From an uncultured Spirochaetota bacterium (lineage in GTDB: Bacteria; Spirochaetota; Brevinematia; Brevinematales; JAOACQ01): a DNA stretch of 64,000 nt. A program made the translations under genes and the position numbers. Position 1 is the stretch's first letter; each line of letters starts with the position of its first letter. This document shows, piece after piece, positions 39,803 to 48,575 of this stretch. The notes under the pieces are model-generated. The model made no database searches. It had not been told where the DNA came from and saw only the letters and a program-made list of their open reading frames with translations. The stretch spans positions 1,344,001 to 1,408,000 of the forward strand of contig CAVYGN010000002.1 of NCBI GenBank assembly GCA_963768055.1, written 5' to 3'.

Positions 39803-40717
39803 TTATTTAGAAATAGCAGCTACCCTGAAGCCGGTATCCCTCGAACTATAAGTAGGATCTTCAGGTACTCTGACTGCGGTTCTGAAATCATCCGTGGTTG
39901 AATTGAAACAGCCCCCCCGGATAATTCTGACCGATCCTGAAGCCGGGCCGGCAGGCTGAACTTCGTCCTGGGCTTTGTAATCGCCGTAAGCGTCAAAGCA
40001 CCACTCCCATACATTTCCGATAATATCGTAAAGACCCCAGCCGTTCGGGTTTTTCGTACCCGTTTCATGGGTTGAATTCATACTATTTTCCTTAAACCAG
40101 GTAAAGTCGGCGCTGTCGGCCGGATTACTTCCCCAAAAATATTCATTAGTAGAGGAAGCTTTGCAGGCATATTCCCACTGCGCCTCGGTTGGAAGCATGT
40201 ACCCGTCTGCGTCCCACTTGACATTTTTAATATTAACATCCGTGTCGCCTGTCCTGTAAACTTTTGAAAGTTTAGCATCAATATAATAAACGGGTGTTTT
40301 CTTTTCCATTTCAGAAAGGGCGTTGCACCATTTTACCGCGTCGTACCAATTAACAAAAACAACGGGATTGCTGCCTTTCAGGCCCTTAGCGTTATAACCC
40401 ATAGAACCTTCGTTTGTAAACGAATAGCCGTTAGCTATAGCCCAATCATAAACCTTTACCCAGTTAGAGTATGTGGTATCGAATTTTGAAATCATAAAAT
40501 TTGTAAGAGTTACCTTGTGCGCCGGCTGCTCATTGGATATTCCCTGGTTGTCTCCCATTATGAAAGAACCGGCAGGTATTCCGTTAAAGATCATGCCGAT
40601 GGAGTTTGTAGAAACGGTATAAAGGACCGATGCCGTTACGGTTTTCCCGCATCCGGAATATGATATAATACAGGCAAGTAAGATAAACGCTGTAAAAATC
40701 TTTGAACAGGTTTTCAT
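39803..40717 (-). CDS. Lipoprotein with an FGE-sulfatase (SUMF1/CLec-fold) domain
   Basis: Lipobox YSGC, PAGSFIMG, PVVFVNWYDA, LPTEAQWEYAC, NGWGLYDIIGNVWEWC and RGG...GFR motifs. Confidence 0.9.
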   Translation of the reverse strand: MKTCSKIFTAFILLACIISYSGCGKTVTASVLYTVSTNSIGMIFNGIPAGSFIMGDNQGISNEQPAHKVTLTNFMISKFDTTYSNWVKVYDWAIANGYSFTNEGSMGYNAKGLKGSNPVVFVNWYDAVKWCNALSEMEKKTPVYYIDAKLSKVYRTGDTDVNIKNVKWDADGYMLPTEAQWEYACKASSTNEYFWGSNPADSADFTWFKENSMNSTHETGTKNPNGWGLYDIIGNVWEWCFDAYGDYKAQDEVQPAGPASGSVRIIRGGCFNSTTDDFRTAVRVPEDPTYSSRDTGFRVAAISK

Positions 40718-40797
40718 TTTTTCCTCCCGATATAATTTTATAATAGTAATTATATAAGAGCCTTGGGAATAATTCAAGCCATTACAGGTTAGCGCTC

Positions 40798-40826
40798 TTG
40801 AGAAAGAAGGGAAAATCGGGTATAAT
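40798..40826 (+). promoter_or_regulatory. Sigma-70 promoter, probably producing a leaderless mRNA
   Basis: TTGAGA-N17-TATAAT, with the ATG at 40834 lying 7 nt after the -10 box and no RBS in between. Confidence 0.55.
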
Positions 40827-40833
40827 ATGGCAT

Positions 40834-41784
40834 ATGAAAATGATATGTTCAAGCATACTATTGATAATTTGCTCATATCCCTGTCATGCCAGGATGTACT
40901 ACACTTATTTAACCGGAAATTTCGAGGTAAAAAGCCCGAAGAATTTGAATGTGGTGAATGAATTTACAAACCGGCTGTATAAAGAGCTATATGCCAGGAA
41001 GTTTTACCCTGAAGAAGAAATACAGAATGTCTCGGTTCATCCGGATTTTATTATAAGTGGTGAGATAGATTCAACTTCAGAGAAATATGAATTTCATATC
41101 ATCGTTTCGGAATATACAAATAAGTTTAAGGAATGGTCCGACGACGTGTACACTGAGGATATTTTCGGGCTGTCGGGAACAAGGGATGCAGCAAAAGCTG
41201 CCGCAGACAGGATTGTCCGTATGACCAGGAATGAAAATCTCATTCCGTACAAGGAGCAGCATGATTATAAAAAGGATTACGCTATGAAAATAACGGCATC
41301 CGGAAGTCCGGAATCTTCCCTTATATTCAATTTTATCGATGTGCAGATGAAGTATCCGTACGGATTTATGTATGATTTTCCGCTTGCTTTCGGCATTGAT
41401 TTATTTGAGTTCGGTTATTCCATATTCATACCAGGTACAAGCCTGGGTATAGGATTCGGGACAAAGGTGATCGATATCCACGGTCCTACTGCCGGGAGTT
41501 TTTTGCCGATAATAATATTCGTTCCCCTGTATATTTCCCCCGGAGAATACAACTTTAAAAGGAACGATTTGTATTTGACTGCCGAATGGGGTTTTTTCCT
41601 TTCCCAATACAGTTACATTGATTTAAGCCTTGAATTGATGTTGAATGGAATTACCTTAATGGCCGGGTGGCTGATCCTGCCTCCTTACTCTGACAGTACA
41701 TATTCCAGGCCTTTATACAGCTCCTTTTACGCCGGAATAAAATTCAATTTTGGAGAATATAAAGTCAAACGAGGAGAAAAATAA
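40834..41784 (+). CDS. Hypothetical exported protein, possible C-terminal beta-barrel
   Basis: Signal-peptide-like N-terminus, a CsgG/TolB-N-like segment (DFIISGEI) and aromatic amphipathic strands ending in FYAGIKFNFG. Confidence 0.6.
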   Translation: MKMICSSILLIICSYPCHARMYYTYLTGNFEVKSPKNLNVVNEFTNRLYKELYARKFYPEEEIQNVSVHPDFIISGEIDSTSEKYEFHIIVSEYTNKFKEWSDDVYTEDIFGLSGTRDAAKAAADRIVRMTRNENLIPYKEQHDYKKDYAMKITASGSPESSLIFNFIDVQMKYPYGFMYDFPLAFGIDLFEFGYSIFIPGTSLGIGFGTKVIDIHGPTAGSFLPIIIFVPLYISPGEYNFKRNDLYLTAEWGFFLSQYSYIDLSLELMLNGITLMAGWLILPPYSDSTYSRPLYSSFYAGIKFNFGEYKVKRGEK

Positions 41785-41865
41785 CAGTTTGTAATCTTAT
41801 TTGTGATAATTCCGACTATTATTATAGCGTCCCTTTAAGGAGTTAAGAATCGGAGGATTAATTAA

Positions 41866-43431
41866 ATGATAAGAAATTTGTTACCATTTGCTTTTTTATT
41901 ATTAATCGGGCTATCACCGGTATTTGCCGATGAAGCCGGCGCACCGGGATCGGTCCTCTGGACTTATAATTCGGATAAGGCTGTAACCACAAGCCTCTCA
42001 GCAGTTAACGGCAGGCTGTATTTTGGCGGATTGTCGGATAATTTGTATTCGCTTTCCGCATCTACAGGTGAAAAGTTTTGGTCCTTTAAATCCGGGAACC
42101 CCGGGAATTCTTTTGTTTCCAGCCCGTTTTATGCAAATGGAAATATATTTGTAGGTGCGAATCAATCGAAAACGATATACTGTATTGACGGATCTGCCGG
42201 CGCTGCCGTTTGGAATTTTACCTCGGGCGGCGGGATCGAATCCAGTCCTCGTGTTTTCGGGGGAAGGGTATATTTCGGGGCCGATAACAATACCCTTTAC
42301 TGCCTCGATACGGAGTACGGCGGTAAAATCTGGGAATTTATGGCAAAGGGTGTCATTCGTTCCAGTCCTCTAATTATTAGCGGAAAGGTTTATTTTGGCT
42401 CGGAAGATGGGGTCTTTTATTGTATCGATGCCGGCGACGGCCATAAGGTCTGGGAATTCCAGGCCGGAGGCCCGGTCAATTCAAGCCCCTCTTTTTCCGC
42501 TGCCAGGGTTTATTTCGGCTCAGAAAAGGGGAAAATGTTTTGCCTGGATTATATGACAGGGCATGAAATCTGGGATTTTACAGCCCGCAACGGGATTATT
42601 TCAAGCCCGGCCGTCGACGAGGGAAAGGTTATTTTCGGAAGCCTTGATAATAATCTTTACTGCCTTAATTTTATTTCCGGGAAGAAGATCTGGGAATTCA
42701 AGACAGAGAGTAATATTGTTTCTTCTCCAAGCATAGCCGACGGCAAGGTATATTTCGGAAGCCTCGATAAGAAATTCTATTGCCTGAACGAAGATACAGG
42801 CACAAATCTCTGGGAATTGGAGACAAGCGGCTCCGTCAGGTCAAGCCCTGTTATATACGACGGTAAGATTTATTTCGGGAATGATGCGGGAAGGGTTTAC
42901 TGCCTCGATAGCGGTTCGAGGGATATCGAGGGAGTAAATACCCTGGGCGGGCAGGATTATTTTATAACGGAAACAATCCTGGACACGAACTCCAATGAAG
43001 TGACAGCTGAAGATACAAATGCAGAAAATACCAATATTTCGGAAGAAACTAATACTGAAACAAATACTAATGCCGTGGAAAATACGGCTGTTGCTCCTGT
43101 AACCGTTACTAATTACATTACAAATTTCGTGACAAATTTCATAACGGTGACTGTTAAAAATAAAAGCCTTGAATCAGGTTTATCCAACCCCTCTCATTAT
43201 AAATATACGATACAGGCCGGTTCATTTAAGACTTTGAAGAACGCGAAAAAGCTGTACAATATTCTCAGGAAAAACGGCTACAACGCTTTCTATTCAGATA
43301 TCAAAATTGGAAAAACAAGGTATTACAGGGTCAGAGTCGGAAAACTGCAAACCCTGCCTGATACCGAAATATTGATACAAAAATTGACTGACGATGGATT
43401 TAAACCAGTTCTTGTTAAAATTGTCAATTAG
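41866..43431 (+). CDS. Exported PQQ-like beta-propeller repeat protein with Thr/Asn linker and C-terminal SPOR domain
   Basis: Signal peptide VFA-D, about 8 repeats of SSP...GKVYFGS.D..YCLD..G..WEF, and YTIQAGSFKTLKNA...YRVRVG. Confidence 0.9.
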   Translation: MIRNLLPFAFLLLIGLSPVFADEAGAPGSVLWTYNSDKAVTTSLSAVNGRLYFGGLSDNLYSLSASTGEKFWSFKSGNPGNSFVSSPFYANGNIFVGANQSKTIYCIDGSAGAAVWNFTSGGGIESSPRVFGGRVYFGADNNTLYCLDTEYGGKIWEFMAKGVIRSSPLIISGKVYFGSEDGVFYCIDAGDGHKVWEFQAGGPVNSSPSFSAARVYFGSEKGKMFCLDYMTGHEIWDFTARNGIISSPAVDEGKVIFGSLDNNLYCLNFISGKKIWEFKTESNIVSSPSIADGKVYFGSLDKKFYCLNEDTGTNLWELETSGSVRSSPVIYDGKIYFGNDAGRVYCLDSGSRDIEGVNTLGGQDYFITETILDTNSNEVTAEDTNAENTNISEETNTETNTNAVENTAVAPVTVTNYITNFVTNFITVTVKNKSLESGLSNPSHYKYTIQAGSFKTLKNAKKLYNILRKNGYNAFYSDIKIGKTRYYRVRVGKLQTLPDTEILIQKLTDDGFKPVLVKIVN

Positions 43432-43463
43432 ACGAATGCAAGGGGTTGGAAATATAAGGAATT

Positions 43464-44057
43464 ATGAGTATTTTTAATTCGGATAAAACAAACGAAAATC
43501 TTTTGAATGCGGTAATTGAGAAGGATGAAGGGCGGGTCTCGGCATTTCTGTCAAAGGGAGCAAATGTAAATTTTTCCGATGATGAGGGAGAGACTCCACT
43601 CATAAAAGCCTCCCGTGTTTCGAAAAGTATGGTCGAAATTCTTCTTAATAACGGTGCCGATATCAATGCCAGGGACAAGGACGGCTGGTGTGCTTTGATG
43701 TGGGCATCTGAGGCTAAAAAAAAAGATATAGTATTATTTTTGCTTGAAAAAGGCGCAGATATAGATAATCCCAATAATGATGGATGGACCCCTCTTATCG
43801 AAGCGATAATCAGCAGGAATAATGATATGGCGGGGCTTTTTATCAATAGAGGATCGAATATTGAACATGCCGACAGCGATGGAAAAACCCCGATATTCCA
43901 TTCGGTTGAAAACAGGAACATTGATGCATCCAGACTCTTAATAAGTGAAGGCGCGGCCCTGGATAAGAAAGATAATGACGGCAGGACCATCCTGTCAATT
44001 GCACAGGATAATAACGATACCAGAATGTTAGAACTGCTGAAAGGGCTGTTAAGCTGA
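43464..44057 (+). CDS. Ankyrin repeat protein
   Basis: Repeated G.TPL..A...LL..GADIN units. Confidence 0.92.
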   Translation: MSIFNSDKTNENLLNAVIEKDEGRVSAFLSKGANVNFSDDEGETPLIKASRVSKSMVEILLNNGADINARDKDGWCALMWASEAKKKDIVLFLLEKGADIDNPNNDGWTPLIEAIISRNNDMAGLFINRGSNIEHADSDGKTPIFHSVENRNIDASRLLISEGAALDKKDNDGRTILSIAQDNNDTRMLELLKGLLS

Positions 44058-44111
44058 ATCCCCGTTCCTCGATATTTTGACATATTTTGTCTTTGTTTCT
44101 ATAATTTTCCG

Positions 44112-44138
44112 CAAGTTTTATTAATACTCAGTCGATAA
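44112..44138 (+). promoter_or_regulatory. Candidate sigma-28 promoter
   Basis: CAAG-N15-GTCGATAA upstream of the AGGAGG RBS of the gene at 44188. Confidence 0.45.
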
Positions 44139-44187
44139 ATACTGTAATCTTAACATACGCCTATATTAGCGTTTAGGAGGTTAAATT

Positions 44188-44817
44188 ATGGTCATTCAGG
44201 ACCTATACAAATATGAACAAACCGGCTGGAAAAATGAGAATACTCTCCTCTTAAAGCTTGAAGATGAAAAAGAGATCCAGATAAAACAGACATCCAGGGT
44301 CGATGATAACCATATTCTTTTTAATACGCATGGGATGTATTACAAAGAATTCCCGAGCGATTTTTCGAAAGTCAGGGCCTATACCTCATATATTATCCAA
44401 TATGCGCCTGAATTATATAAGGAAATAAACCTTCTTGAACAACAGATTAGCGAAATCGTGAAAAACGGGATAGAGCATGGTAACAAAATGGACCCCAATA
44501 AGAAAATAAAGGTGTGGTTTGATTTTAACAAAAGGGCGAAAATAATCGTCGAAGACGAAGGAAAGGGTTTCCATGTTATGGAAGATTGGAACAAATTCGC
44601 TTTGAACAGGACTATATGCCTTGTGAAACAGGATTTCGAGCATTTTGCCGAACTTGTGGCATGGTCCGGCCCGGACTCCAACGAAATGGACGGTGGCAAC
44701 GCCCTATTTGCAGCCCTCGAATACTGGAACGGCGGTTTCCTCTACAATCTCAAAGGTAATAAAGTAGCTGCAGTAAGGTATTTCCCGGATAATGTCGAAT
44801 ACAAAAATTATATTTAA
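44188..44817 (+). CDS. HATPase_c protein (RsbW/anti-sigma-factor kinase-like)
   Basis: N box EIVKNGIEHGN, G1 box VEDEGKGF, GG and YNLKGNKV motifs. Confidence 0.75.
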   Translation: MVIQDLYKYEQTGWKNENTLLLKLEDEKEIQIKQTSRVDDNHILFNTHGMYYKEFPSDFSKVRAYTSYIIQYAPELYKEINLLEQQISEIVKNGIEHGNKMDPNKKIKVWFDFNKRAKIIVEDEGKGFHVMEDWNKFALNRTICLVKQDFEHFAELVAWSGPDSNEMDGGNALFAALEYWNGGFLYNLKGNKVAAVRYFPDNVEYKNYI

Positions 44818-44830
44818 CTTCTAGGAATCC

Positions 44831-45859
44831 TTAATTAAGGACCTCGAAGCCTATTATCACCACATCATCCATTATCGGCGAAGGTCCCCGGAACCGGTCG
44901 AGCTTTTTCATTATATTTGTAAGCATGTCTCCGAGAGTCAGCCGGCTCTCTCCCGCTATTATATCGCAAAGATTCCTGATACCCAGGAGATTGTTGTCGG
45001 GATCGGTCATTTCATAAGCCCCGTCGGTATAAAGGAAAAGCCTGTCTCCTTTCTGGAGGTACAGTTCATGCTCTTCATAAGTCATTTTATTGGAAACTCC
45101 AAGTATTCCGCCTCCGGAGTTGAGAATTTCGATCTGGCCTGTGTTTTTCCTGAATAAAATCGGCGGCGGATGCCCTCCCTTGGTAAAATTGAAGATAACG
45201 CCCTGGTCTTTCGGGTTAAAATGGAAATGACCATAAACGGCTGTCAGAAAATGAGTTGTCATATTATTCAGGAGGCTGTTATTGAGGCGGGTCATAAATT
45301 CACCTGGTTTGAGCCCGTAATGCCGGCATGCCCTGTCTGCAAAAGCCTTCACGAGAGCGAGGAAGAGTGCCGCTGAAACCCCATGACCCATGATATCGCC
45401 CAGGAATACGCCCAGCCCTCCCTCCCTGAATAGGGTAAACGAGAAGTAATCCCCTCCGACAGTTTCCAGAGGAACATACCTGTAGTCTATTTTAAGTCTT
45501 TCAAAATTGGGGATGTGGCTTGGAAGCAGCGCGTTCTGTATCAATTGGGCGTTTTTTAGGTCCTGTTCGATCATCTCCGTCCTGTGCATCAATTCTTTTT
45601 CGCTTTTAAAGAGGGCCTCTTCAACCGATTTATCGGTGCAGACTGTTTCAAGGTATAATTTACCGTCATCCCGGGCACCAAGAACGATAATATCGAAGCC
45701 CTCGTTCTTCATTTTACTGAGGGCTTCCGAGTAGTTGCTTACCTTGTCCAGCCTTTTAATCGTAAATGAAACAAGGGGCTGAAGGAGGTTTTCAGCCATA
45801 GAATCTCCTTCGATATACACCACAGATAACATCTTTTTAAAATTATCGTTTGAGGCCAT
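44831..45859 (-). CDS. PP2C/SpoIIE-family Ser/Thr phosphatase (RsbU-like)
   Basis: AQLIQNALLP, VGGDYF, GDIMGHGVSAAL, GGHPP, LYTDG and DDV motifs. Confidence 0.92.
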   Translation of the reverse strand: MASNDNFKKMLSVVYIEGDSMAENLLQPLVSFTIKRLDKVSNYSEALSKMKNEGFDIIVLGARDDGKLYLETVCTDKSVEEALFKSEKELMHRTEMIEQDLKNAQLIQNALLPSHIPNFERLKIDYRYVPLETVGGDYFSFTLFREGGLGVFLGDIMGHGVSAALFLALVKAFADRACRHYGLKPGEFMTRLNNSLLNNMTTHFLTAVYGHFHFNPKDQGVIFNFTKGGHPPPILFRKNTGQIEILNSGGGILGVSNKMTYEEHELYLQKGDRLFLYTDGAYEMTDPDNNLLGIRNLCDIIAGESRLTLGDMLTNIMKKLDRFRGPSPIMDDVVIIGFEVLN

Positions 45860-45870
45860 ATTAATCCCCT

Positions 45871-45930
45871 GGCACTACTTATCCGGCCCTCACCAGTTTG
45901 CCTGGTGAGGGCCGGTTATTAGAAGTGCCC
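45871..45930 (-). repeat. Partial GGGC MITE-like element (first module only)
   Basis: The minus strand reads GGGCACTTCTAATAA-CCGGCCCTCACCAG-GCAAA-CTGGTGAGGGCCGG-ATAAGTAGTGCC. It abuts a TTAA that contains the upstream stop codon. Confidence 0.75.
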
Positions 45931-46536
45931 TTAAATTATAATTGATTTTGAAGGATAATCAAGTCGAATATCATAACGGTTTGCAGGCGGCAGGCGGACT
46001 TCTTCAGGGTTTATTTTTATACCGCTGCCGGTAATACCCAGGGAAAACTTTTCGTTTTTTCCGTTTCTGTTGACAGAGACGACGACCTTCTCTTCACCGA
46101 GGTCGAAAACCTGGCCATTATAAAGGCTTTCAACTCCATCCGTGTTTCCTGAAACGAGCCTGTAAAATCCGGGCACATATCTTTCTTCATGCTGGAGGAC
46201 AGTATCCTCGATATAGGCGATATCTTTCGGAGGGGCGAAAAATCTCGCTTTTTTATTCCGGTACTGGATTATTGAATTAAGCCCGATATGTTCAGGCCTT
46301 GAGGACATATTTACCACAAAATCAAGATCGGAATAATTCAAGCCGGCAGTTTCAAAAAGCGCTTCGAGGTCGCTCTGGCTTTCAATTACACCTGAATTAA
46401 CGAGCATTTTTCTGGTATAACCGAGCAGTACGAAATACGAACTCTTTGACAGGGACTTCCCGTAAGGGAGAATAATCCTGTAGCTGAACACAGTGTAAAA
46501 GACGCTTTCATTTAAACCCGTTCTCAGGAAAACCAT
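45931..46536 (-). CDS. Degenerate, shortened metallo-beta-lactamase-fold protein
   Basis: MLVNSG...LDFVVNMSSRPEHIG aligns by eye with the MBL pattern LIDxG...THxHxDHIG, with the metal ligands replaced. GGAGG RBS present. Confidence 0.6.
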   Translation of the reverse strand: MVFLRTGLNESVFYTVFSYRIILPYGKSLSKSSYFVLLGYTRKMLVNSGVIESQSDLEALFETAGLNYSDLDFVVNMSSRPEHIGLNSIIQYRNKKARFFAPPKDIAYIEDTVLQHEERYVPGFYRLVSGNTDGVESLYNGQVFDLGEEKVVVSVNRNGKNEKFSLGITGSGIKINPEEVRLPPANRYDIRLDYPSKSIII

Positions 46537-46568
46537 AACAGCCTCCGAATATTAAATTGGATTAGAAC

Positions 46569-46608
46569 AAAAAAAAACCCGCGGGCGCCTTGCGGGCCTG
46601 CGGGTTTT
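46569..46608 (-). terminator. Intrinsic terminator in a 5' leader (attenuator)
   Basis: The minus strand reads AAAACCCGCAGGCCCGCAAGGCGCCCGCGGG-T9, about 30 nt upstream of the 46536 start and downstream of a promoter. Confidence 0.8.
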
Positions 46609-46625
46609 ATAATATTTTAAGCCTT

Positions 46626-46739
46626 TTATGGGCATAAAATATTACTTTCCGGGAACAGGCCGCCCATTTCAAAATCGACATAAATAAGCGCTGACTTGCA
46701 GATAAGCATTGCTACAAAAGATCTGTTCACGGAAATCAT
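46626..46739 (-). CDS. Putative 37-aa leader peptide
   Basis: AGAGGT RBS followed by an ATG; MISVNRSFVAMLICKSALIYVDFEMGGLFPESNILCP*. It lies between the promoter and the terminator. Confidence 0.6.
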   Translation of the reverse strand: MISVNRSFVAMLICKSALIYVDFEMGGLFPESNILCP

Positions 46740-46767
46740 AATATACCTCTAATATTATATCGGAAAT

Positions 46768-46796
46768 ATTCTACCACCAATAAATTATTTTGTCAA
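46768..46796 (-). promoter_or_regulatory. Sigma-70 promoter with extended -10
   Basis: TTGACA-N17-TAGAAT with TGG preceding the -10 box. Confidence 0.75.
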
Positions 46797-46835
46797 ATAG
46801 CGATTGTAAAAAATAATTTTATTATTTATTCTTAA

Positions 46836-47082
46836 GGGCGGTTCCAATAACTACGAATGTTGTTAACAATTAACATTCTAATTATTTATAATCCGTCCAA
46901 TGGGCCCTAGTGCCTGTCCTGGAGCCAGTCACCAGGACAGGTGCATTTATACTTGCGTATAAACGCAAGCACTACCTATCAGCCTTGCCTGTACCGGCTC
47001 TTGTGCCCGTAAGGGTACTTGTGCCCGAAGGGTATGTCCGGTAAAAAGGCTATGTCCTGTAAGGAGGTTATTAGAAGTGCCC
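46836..47082 (-). mobile_element. Expanded GGGC...GCCC MITE-like element with nested hairpins and TTAA flanks
   Basis: The minus strand runs GGGCACTTCTAATAACC...ATAGGTAGTGC...AATTAGAATGTTAATTGTTAACAACAT...AGTTATTGGAACCGCCC; 247 bp with TTAA on both sides. Confidence 0.8.
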
Positions 47083-47153
47083 TTAAATTATTTTTTATTC
47101 AATGTTTGATAAAATTTATCCGTTTGATACTTTATAAATATTATTTTAAAAGA

Positions 47154-47193
47154 TGTTTAATTATTTGACATAGATATTAATAAATGATATAAT
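47154..47193 (+). promoter_or_regulatory. xylA sigma-70 promoter with overlapping candidate operator
   Basis: Consensus TTGACA-N17-TATAAT. TGTTTAATTATTTGACAT is shared with the sugar-binding-protein promoter. Confidence 0.75.
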
Positions 47194-47222
47194 ATTTTAC
47201 TTTATTATGAAGAGAAGATTAA

Positions 47223-48545
47223 ATGGATGAATATTTTAGAGATGTGAAAGTTATTCAATTCGAAGGCCCGGGGTCGAAAAATCCGCTGAGTTTCAAGTAT
47301 TATAATGCCGAAGAAAAAATCGGCGGAAAAACTATGAAAGACCATCTAAGGTTTTCCGTAGCTTACTGGCATACCATGACAGGAGCGGGCACCGATCCTT
47401 TCGGTTCCGGGACGATGATCAGGCCATGGGATGATGTAAGCGACCCGATGGAAAAGGCAATGGTCAGGATGCGTGTGAATTTCGAATTCATAGAAAAGCT
47501 TGGCATCCCTTTCTACTGTTTTCATGACCGTGATATAGCACCTGAAGCTGATACGCTGACTCAATCCAACCTGCGCATTGACGAAATAGTCAAACTTGCA
47601 GGGGAATTACAAAAAGCATCGGGGATAAAACTTTTATGGGGAACAGCGAATTTGTTCAACAATCCCCGCTACGTACATGGAGCGTCGACCTCCTGTAATG
47701 CTGATGTTTTCGCATTTGCTGCGGCCCAGGTAAAAAAAGCCATTGAAGTTACAATGGAACTTGGAGGCGAGAACTATGTCTTCTGGGGCGGCCGCGAAGG
47801 ATACGAAACACTTCTCAATACAGATCTCAAGCTTGAACTGGATAATTTTGCACGATTCCTTGGTATGGCTGTAGATTACGCTAAAAAGATAGGCTTCAAG
47901 GGACAATTCCTTATCGAACCGAAACCGAAGGAGCCGACAAAGCACCAGTACGATTTCGATGCTGCTACAGTGATCGGTTTTCTAAAAACCTACGGGCTGG
48001 ATAAAAACTTCAAGCTGAATATTGAAGTAAATCATGCCACCCTTGCAGGGCACACTTTCCAGCATGAACTGAACCTTGCCAGGATCAATGGAATGCTTGG
48101 TTCTATTGATGCAAACCAGGGTGATCTGCTCCTTGGCTGGGATACAGACCAGTTCCCTACCGATTTGAATACTACCGCCCTGGCAATGGTAGAGATTTTG
48201 AAAAACGGAGGGCTGGGCTCCGGAGGGACAAATTTCGATGCGAAGGTCCGGAGGGGTTCGTTTGAACCCATCGATCTTTTTTATTCCCACATAGCCGGAA
48301 TGGACACTTTCGCCAGGGGCCTTAAAGTGGCGAAAAAGCTGATTGATGATAAAGTCCTCGATCAATTTATTAATAATAGATACTCAAGTTACAAAACTGG
48401 CATAGGCAGTGACATAGTAAACGGTAAAGCGGATTTCTCAACTCTTGAAAAATATGCCCTTTCAAATGAAAAGATCACAAACATATCCGGAAGGCAGGAA
48501 ATGCTCGAGGCTATCGTTAACCAATATATTCTCGAAACAAAATAG
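47223..48545 (+). CDS. xylA: Xylose isomerase (class II)
   Basis: [37 protein letters not shown] and GWDTDQF motifs. Confidence 0.97.
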   Translation: MDEYFRDVKVIQFEGPGSKNPLSFKYYNAEEKIGGKTMKDHLRFSVAYWHTMTGAGTDPFGSGTMIRPWDDVSDPMEKAMVRMRVNFEFIEKLGIPFYCFHDRDIAPEADTLTQSNLRIDEIVKLAGELQKASGIKLLWGTANLFNNPRYVHGASTSCNADVFAFAAAQVKKAIEVTMELGGENYVFWGGREGYETLLNTDLKLELDNFARFLGMAVDYAKKIGFKGQFLIEPKPKEPTKHQYDFDAATVIGFLKTYGLDKNFKLNIEVNHATLAGHTFQHELNLARINGMLGSIDANQGDLLLGWDTDQFPTDLNTTALAMVEILKNGGLGSGGTNFDAKVRRGSFEPIDLFYSHIAGMDTFARGLKVAKKLIDDKVLDQFINNRYSSYKTGIGSDIVNGKADFSTLEKYALSNEKITNISGRQEMLEAIVNQYILETK

Positions 48546-48575
48546 TATCAAAGCAAAATATTTTCCGGAAGGCAT

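Noticed and set aside
41792..41818. Sigma-28-like TAAT-N15-TCCGACTA before the propeller-SPOR gene
   Set aside because: It has too many mismatches in AT-rich DNA to support without a genome-specific model.
43424..44083. 219-aa minus-strand ORF
   Set aside because: It mirrors the ankyrin repeat gene, and its periodicity derives from the sense-strand repeats.
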